Source: an uncultured Acidobacteriaceae bacterium
GTDB taxonomy: Bacteria > Acidobacteriota > Terriglobia > Terriglobales > Acidobacteriaceae
Assembly: GCA_963763905.1 (NCBI GenBank)
Contig: CAVXRU010000037.1
Location: 9,998-73,997, forward strand
Direction: 5' to 3'
DNA length: 64,000 bases
The notes beneath the pieces were generated by a model. That model did no database searches and had not been told where the DNA came from. It worked only from the letters and a program-made list of their open reading frames with translations. The position numbers were made by a program, and so were the translations under genes. This document shows positions 58,698 to 64,000 of the stretch, piece after piece. The stretch's first letter is position 1, and every line of letters starts with the position of its first letter.

Positions 58698-58899
58698 ACT
58701 TTGCCGGAGAAACCGCGCAGTCTCGATGGGCCCGGGCAAGGATTGATCGCGATGAGCCGTAGAGCTCAAGCGAAATGTTTAGACAATTTCTGCCGCTATC
58801 TGAGCTTCGTCGATACCCTCGACCATTCCTTGCACCCACCCACTCTGTGAGTGGGGTGGCAGGAATCTGCCGTCATCATACTTTTACGGGGATCAAGAA

Positions 58900-60084
58900 A
58901 TGCCTGAGATTAAAACCTGCCCAAACTGTTTGAAGGGCGACATGAGTGTCTTCTACCAGGTTCCACGGGTGCCGGTGCACAGCGTGCTGCTGATGCCCAC
59001 GCGCGAAGTTGCCGTGAACTTTCCCAAAGGCGATATTGCGCTGGGTCATTGCTCCCACTGCGGATTTATCGCCAACACTGTCTTCGATCCAACCGTCCAC
59101 AACTACTCTGCGCAGTACGAGGAGACGCAGGGCTTTTCCGGGACCTTCCAGGCCTTCCATCGCCGCCTGGCTGCCGAAATGATCGAAAAATACGACCTGC
59201 ACAACAAGAAGATGATCGAGATTGGCTGTGGTAAGGGCGAGTTTCTCTCGCTGTTATGCGAGATGGGCAACAACAGTGGCGTGGGTTTCGATCCTGCATT
59301 TGTCAGCGAACGGAACCCTTGTGCTGGAGACGCCAAAGTTGAATTCGTGGCTGACTTCTACGGCGAAAAATATGCCCACGTGCAAGGCGATTTCGTGTGC
59401 TGCAAAATGACGCTGGAACACATACCCGATACGGCAAACTTCGTGAAGACCGTGCGCCGCTCCGTGGGGGATCGCTACGACACCGTGATCTTCTTCCAGG
59501 TGCCCGATATGACCCGCGTGCTGCGCGATCTGGCCTTCTGGGATATTTACTACGAGCATTGTTCCTATTTCAGCGCAGAATCGCTCTCTCTGTTATTTCG
59601 TGAGTCGGGATTTGACGTGCTCGATGTCTGGACCGACTACGACGACCAATATCTGATGATCACGGCGAAGCCCTCGCGCACCACCGCATCTCTGGTTGAG
59701 AAACCCGATCCGGCTCAGCTGAACAAAGATATTCAGTTCTTTACCGAACACCAGGCGGCAAGAATGGCTTCGTGGAGGAACAAGCTCGAGGAAACACGGA
59801 ACAGCGGTAAAAAGGCCGTGGTGTGGGGTTCCGGATCAAAGGGCGTTGCCTTCCTCACGGCGCTCAACATGCATACACCCGATTGCGAAATCGAATACGT
59901 GGTCGACATCAATCCCTTCCGCGAAGGCAAATACATGGCCGGCACCGGGCAGGAGATTGTCTCGCCGGCCTTTCTCAAGCGGTACAAACCAGACCTGGCC
60001 ATTGCCATGAACCCCATCTACCAACCAGAGATCAAGGCGGATCTCGAGAAAATGGGCCTGTCTACTGAGGTTGTCTCCGTTTGA
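58900..60084 (+). CDS. second C-methyltransferase-family enzyme (Zn-ribbon, class I SAM and C-terminal domains)
   Basis: 394 aa. CPNCLKG...CSHCGFI; MIEIGCGKGEFL; C-terminal AVVWGSGSKGVAFL...PDLAIAMNP. It has the same three-domain layout as 56463-57692 but is clearly divergent. Confidence 0.78.
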   Translation: MPEIKTCPNCLKGDMSVFYQVPRVPVHSVLLMPTREVAVNFPKGDIALGHCSHCGFIANTVFDPTVHNYSAQYEETQGFSGTFQAFHRRLAAEMIEKYDLHNKKMIEIGCGKGEFLSLLCEMGNNSGVGFDPAFVSERNPCAGDAKVEFVADFYGEKYAHVQGDFVCCKMTLEHIPDTANFVKTVRRSVGDRYDTVIFFQVPDMTRVLRDLAFWDIYYEHCSYFSAESLSLLFRESGFDVLDVWTDYDDQYLMITAKPSRTTASLVEKPDPAQLNKDIQFFTEHQAARMASWRNKLEETRNSGKKAVVWGSGSKGVAFLTALNMHTPDCEIEYVVDINPFREGKYMAGTGQEIVSPAFLKRYKPDLAIAMNPIYQPEIKADLEKMGLSTEVVSV

Positions 60085-60132
60085 TTCCAAATCCAGCCCT
60101 GCTCACGTGCAGAGGCTTCTAAAAGGCAATCT

Positions 60133-61347
60133 ATGTATGATTTCGCAATAATTGGTGGAGGGATTGTTGGACTGGCGACCGGGGCTGCTCTCGGCCGCCG
60201 TTATCCCTTTGCGCGAATTCTTTTGGTGGAAAAGGAAGTAGGCTTTGCCCAGCATCAGACTGGCCGCAACAGCGGCGTCATTCATTCCGGTATCTACTAC
60301 AAGCCAGGCAGTCTAAAAGCAGAACTGGCCCAGGCAGGGAACCAGTCCCTGCGGGCTTTTTGTTACGAATACGGTGTCCCTTTCGATATTTGCGGCAAGC
60401 TGATTGTCGCGACCAAAACGGAAGAACTCCCGCAACTGGAAAGTATCTACGAACGCTCTTTACAGAACGGCGTGCCGGCCATGCGGCTTCGCCCGGAAGA
60501 AGCACAAGAAGTGGAACCGCACGTTTCCTGTGTCGCTGCCATTCGCGTGCCCACCACCGGCATCGTCGATTATCGCCAGGTATGTCATGCACTGGTGCAT
60601 GAAATCCAGCAGCAGGGCGGAGAGCTCAAGGTGGGCACAGAGGTCCTCCATGTCGTGCCTACCCCGCTCGGTCATTTGCTGGAAACATCCTGGGGCTCGC
60701 TCGAAACTCGCTTCCTGATTAACTGCGCTGGCTTGCAGAGCGATCGTGTGGCCAAACTGGGCGGTATGGAACCAAAAGCCATGATCGTGCCTTTCCGTGG
60801 AGAATACTTTGAGTTAAGGCCTGAGCGGCGCCACCTGGTGCGTCATCTCATCTACCCTGTTCCCAACCCGGCCTTTCCTTTCCTCGGAGTGCACTTCACC
60901 CGCATGATGGATGGAAGCATCCACGCCGGCCCCAACGCTGTTCTGAGCATGAAACGCGAAGGCTACAACAAAACAGACTTTAGCTGGCGTGACCTTTCTG
61001 AAGTTTTGCTCTACCCTGGTTTCTGGAAGCTTTCTTCCAAGTATTTTCGCGAAGGCGCCCAGGAGATGTACCGTTCCCTAAGCAAAGCCGCCTTTACCAA
61101 GAGCCTGCAGCGCCTGGTGCCCGAGGTACAAGCAGACGATCTGATTCCCAGCAAGAGCGGCGTGCGCGCCCAGGCGCTTCTGCGCGATGGAAGCATGGTC
61201 GACGACTTCCTCATGCTGGAAGGCAAGAACTCGCTTCATGTCTGCAACGCTCCGTCGCCGGCAGCCACTGCCTCGCTCGAGATAGCCAAAAGGATCGTCA
61301 GCAAGGTGCCTCGTCCCGGTCGCCTCTCCCTGGTCAAAATGGCGTAA
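60133..61347 (+). CDS. lhgO: L-2-hydroxyglutarate oxidase-type FAD-dependent oxidoreductase
   Basis: 404 aa. DFAIIGGGIVGLATG; HQTGRNSGVIHSGIYYKPGSLKA; the length and C-terminal NAPSPAATASL are typical of LhgO/YgaF. Confidence 0.8.
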   Translation: MYDFAIIGGGIVGLATGAALGRRYPFARILLVEKEVGFAQHQTGRNSGVIHSGIYYKPGSLKAELAQAGNQSLRAFCYEYGVPFDICGKLIVATKTEELPQLESIYERSLQNGVPAMRLRPEEAQEVEPHVSCVAAIRVPTTGIVDYRQVCHALVHEIQQQGGELKVGTEVLHVVPTPLGHLLETSWGSLETRFLINCAGLQSDRVAKLGGMEPKAMIVPFRGEYFELRPERRHLVRHLIYPVPNPAFPFLGVHFTRMMDGSIHAGPNAVLSMKREGYNKTDFSWRDLSEVLLYPGFWKLSSKYFREGAQEMYRSLSKAAFTKSLQRLVPEVQADDLIPSKSGVRAQALLRDGSMVDDFLMLEGKNSLHVCNAPSPAATASLEIAKRIVSKVPRPGRLSLVKMA

Positions 61348-61419
61348 ACGGAACACCAAGAATCTCGGTCGACACCCGATGGATGGCATTCTGACCGGTA
61401 GAATCCTGCCTATGAACAT

Positions 61420-61470
61420 TGAGTGGGTGGCCCACGTCTCGCTTTTGAGACCTGGGTGTTCCGGGCGAGG
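61420..61470. repeat. REP-like element (copy 2)
   Basis: GAGTGGGTGGCCCACGTCTCGCTTTTGAGACCTGGGTGTTCCGGGCGAGGA, in direct orientation relative to copy 1. Confidence 0.6.
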
Positions 61471-61610
61471 ACAGTTTCGCAATTGGTGTAGACCCAAGCG
61501 GCAGACCTCGTCGTGGTTTTCTCTCAAGGAAAACCACTCCTCGCGATCTTTGCCAGATAACAGTAATTGCGAAACTGCTCTGGGACCCATTTGCGGGGAG
61601 AAACGCTCGC

Positions 61611-62756
61611 TTGCGCATCGTCATCTTTGACTACAAAATCTCCCGCAACAACCCCATTGGAAGCTGTCACCTGGCGATGTTGCGCGCGCTGGCTGCGGAG
61701 CACGAGTTTACCGTTTTCGCCGTTGAGTTCGACAATCCGAGTCCGGAGAAGATCCGGTTTATCCGCGTACCGTCTCCTACGCGCCCCCTGGCCCTGCTCT
61801 TCGTCGTCTACCATTTCATGGCCCCCCTCTGTTATTGGCTTTACCGGCTACGCGGTGGACCAAAACCGGATCTTGTTCAGGCTTTGGAGAGCAATCTCGC
61901 CTTCGGCGATCTCCTGTACTCCCACTTTTGCCATGGCATGTACCTCAAGCATCACTGGAGCAAATCCGGCGCCAAAGGCCTGCGCGGGTGGTTTCGCTGG
62001 CTCGATCATCAACTGCACGCCTGGATGGAACGCTTTACCTATCCCCGCGCCAAACAGGTCGTGGTGCCGTCCCGAGGCTTGGCCAGGGAGCTTAGAGAGG
62101 AATTCCCGTACATCGAAAACAAGCTTACGGTTGTGCCGAATCCCATCAGCCTTGATCGCTTGCAAATGCCGGCTGATTTCGATCGCCAGGCATTTCGTCA
62201 CAGCCTGGGTATCGATGACCAGGACCTGGTCTGTCTCTTTGTGGCGTTGGGACAATTCGAGCGCAAAGGCTTACCCCTGCTCATGCAGGCCTTGGGAACC
62301 CCAGGCCTGGAGCGCTTCAAGCTCATCGTCGTGGGTGGTGAATCCGATCTGATCGCGCGCTTCGGCGCGAACTATCAGCTCGGGGATCGGGTCAAATTTG
62401 TCGGTATGCAGTCTGATGTCCGCCCGTACCTCTGGAGCTCGGACGTCTTCGTCTTTCCATCGCTGTACGAGACTTTTTCTTTAGTTACTTACGAAGCCGC
62501 GGCCTCCGGTCTTCCCGTCGTGGTCTCCCACCTGTATGGAGTGGAAGACTTGCTGGTAGACGGAGAGAACGGCTTCCTGATTGAAACCAGCGTCGCCGGC
62601 GTCAGGACGGGCCTGGGGCGCATTCTCAGCCTCGGCCCGGACGAACGCCATGCCATGGGTCAACGGGCCCGGCTGGCGGCCTCTGCCTGCTCTGAGGAAC
62701 ATTTCGTCGACGCCTGGCGTGCCTTTTATCTTGGTTTGTCATCTCAGAGTAATTGA
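61611..62756 (+). CDS. family-4 glycosyltransferase
   Basis: TTG start. 381 aa. EX7E region PSLYETFSLVTYEAAASGLPVVVS. The N-terminal third is duplicated as a relic at 43179-43546. Confidence 0.85.
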   Translation: MRIVIFDYKISRNNPIGSCHLAMLRALAAEHEFTVFAVEFDNPSPEKIRFIRVPSPTRPLALLFVVYHFMAPLCYWLYRLRGGPKPDLVQALESNLAFGDLLYSHFCHGMYLKHHWSKSGAKGLRGWFRWLDHQLHAWMERFTYPRAKQVVVPSRGLARELREEFPYIENKLTVVPNPISLDRLQMPADFDRQAFRHSLGIDDQDLVCLFVALGQFERKGLPLLMQALGTPGLERFKLIVVGGESDLIARFGANYQLGDRVKFVGMQSDVRPYLWSSDVFVFPSLYETFSLVTYEAAASGLPVVVSHLYGVEDLLVDGENGFLIETSVAGVRTGLGRILSLGPDERHAMGQRARLAASACSEEHFVDAWRAFYLGLSSQSN

Positions 62757-62808
62757 GCGCGGGAAAGCGATCTGAGAGGATGTATCGTGGGGGGGGTGAG
62801 TTGAAAGC

Positions 62809-63891
62809 ATGAGAGTTGAATCGGCAACGAGCAAGTTCACTCCCATCGCATTGAAGAGTCTTGCGCCCAGGCCCACCGTTTCCGTACTCATCACCTGCTT
62901 CAACTATGGAGCCTACGTTGGCCAGGCGATCGACAGTGCGCTTGAGCAAACCTACGCGCCAACAGAAATCATCGTCAGCGACGATGCCTCCCAGGACAAC
63001 TCCTGCGAGGTAGTCGAATCCTATGTCACCCGGAACCCCGGCATTCGCCTGCTGCGTAATCCTCATGGAGGCATGGCGGCCAACCTCAATTCCGCCTATC
63101 GCAACTGTTCTGGAGAAGTAATCTGCCTGCTCGATGCGGATGATGCCTTCCTGCCGGGAAAAATCGAGGCGGTGGTGAATGCTTTTCTTGCCCATCCGCG
63201 GGCAGGCTCTGCGATCCATCGGGCCAGCTTGGTCGACTATCAGAAGCGGGCGCATGGTGTCTATCCTTCGTTGAGCGCCCTCCCCTCGGGGGACTGTGCG
63301 CAGATTACCTATAACAATTCCGGAATATTGATGGGCCTACCCCCCACCACCAACCTTTCGCTTCGCCGCGAAGTCGCTGACCGCATCTTCCCCATACCCG
63401 TGGAATACACCGGTTACGCAGAGCAGATCATTCACGGCCTGGCGCCGCTGATGACCGAACTCTGTGCCGTCGACGCGCCGCTTGCGATCTGGCGATTGCA
63501 CAACTCAAACGACCAGAACTCAACCCTTATCACGACGCGTCGCATGGAACGGGAGCTCAAGATCATGGACTCGCTGTGGCTGGAACAGAAACACTACCTC
63601 GAAGGCGTCGATGTGGCCCTCGCCCTGTCCTTTCCCCCGGTCGATCGCAATCCGCTTTATCTCAAGATGAACTACATACGGCATCGACTGAACAATGATC
63701 CAGCGATCCGTCAGGCATACAATGATCTTTGCCGTTACGGCCTGAGGGCGAATTCGAAGATGGATCGGTTCTGGCGATACTCCAATCGTCTTCCCCGTCC
63801 GCTCTTTAAGCGAGCAGTTGATCTGCTTCTGACCCAGAGTGTATGGAGACAGATGGTCACCCGCGCTATCCGCGCCAAGCACTCCGTTTGA
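62809..63891 (+). CDS. family-2 glycosyltransferase
   Basis: 360 aa. VSVLITCFNYGAYVGQAIDSALEQTYAPTEIIVSDDASQDNS; LDADD. Confidence 0.88.
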   Translation: MRVESATSKFTPIALKSLAPRPTVSVLITCFNYGAYVGQAIDSALEQTYAPTEIIVSDDASQDNSCEVVESYVTRNPGIRLLRNPHGGMAANLNSAYRNCSGEVICLLDADDAFLPGKIEAVVNAFLAHPRAGSAIHRASLVDYQKRAHGVYPSLSALPSGDCAQITYNNSGILMGLPPTTNLSLRREVADRIFPIPVEYTGYAEQIIHGLAPLMTELCAVDAPLAIWRLHNSNDQNSTLITTRRMERELKIMDSLWLEQKHYLEGVDVALALSFPPVDRNPLYLKMNYIRHRLNNDPAIRQAYNDLCRYGLRANSKMDRFWRYSNRLPRPLFKRAVDLLLTQSVWRQMVTRAIRAKHSV

Positions 63892-63895
63892 TGAG

Positions 63896-64000
63896 ATGAA
63901 GATTCTCTCCGTGCACAACTCGTACCAGAAGCCTGGTGGTGAGGATCAGGTCTTTGCCCAGGAGGCCGATCTTCTGCGTTCGCACGGGCACCAGGTGCTT
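63896..64000 (+). CDS. partial CDS (first 35 codons): GT4-type glycosyltransferase N-terminus
   Basis: ATG 63896, 4 nt after the previous stop. MKILSVHNSYQKPGGEDQVFAQEADLLRSHGHQVL is a classic GT4 N-terminal start. It runs off the right edge. Confidence 0.7.
   Translation, partial: MKILSVHNSYQKPGGEDQVFAQEADLLRSHGHQVL

Noticed and set aside
62626-63255. 209-aa minus-strand ORF
   Set aside because: It is antisense across the GT4/GT2 junction. Both plus-strand genes have clear family motifs.
1-64000. Search for tRNA, rRNA, CRISPR arrays, retron/RT genes and toxin-antitoxin pairs
   Set aside because: I saw no T-loop/acceptor-like tRNA signatures, no rRNA-like conserved blocks, no regularly spaced direct repeats, no reverse-transcriptase motifs and no small paired ORFs with recognisable TA families. 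Absence by eye is not proof.

Overview
64-kb window of moderately GC-rich bacterial chromosome. Gene content and REP-like intergenic repeats look Acidobacteriota (Terriglobia)-like, but that is inference only. There are three zones. (1) 1-5.4 kb, all minus strand: a PadR regulator, a TAT-exported CotA-type multicopper oxidase, an AcpA/PLC-type phosphoesterase and a WecB/TagA (GT26) transferase. (2) 5.4-45 kb: a heavily rearranged accessory polysaccharide region. Its intact genes are a GT2, two GT4, a GT2-methyltransferase fusion, rmlC, two GT-C-like membrane proteins, a Wzy/O-antigen-ligase-like polymerase, a SAM methyltransferase, and a 559-aa and a 1307-aa beta-helix protein. These are interleaved with at least 15 gene relics: truncated or frameshifted copies of genes that are intact elsewhere in the window, an NRPS relic, a DNA-methylase relic and DegT relics. 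IS debris is also present: two inverted IS630 copies plus IS256, IS3 and IS66 pieces. (3) 46-64 kb: an orderly plus-strand Wzx/Wzy-type exopolysaccharide operon headed by a NusG/UpxY-like antiterminator. It runs wza, wzc, a WbaP-like priming transferase, two GT2, then a CDP-hexose tailoring cassette (rfbF, SDR, C-methyltransferase, cupin/2OG-oxygenase-like protein, second C-methyltransferase, LhgO-type flavoenzyme), then GT4, GT2 and a partial GT4. No rRNA, tRNA or CRISPR array was recognised. The best candidates for something new are the CDP-sugar cassette (54.6-61.3 kb), the mosaic double beta-helix lipoprotein family (22 kb, 33-37 kb and two relics), and an IS630 insertion placed exactly in the TA of a stop codon. 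All family calls rest on motif recognition by eye; no database search or computation was possible.
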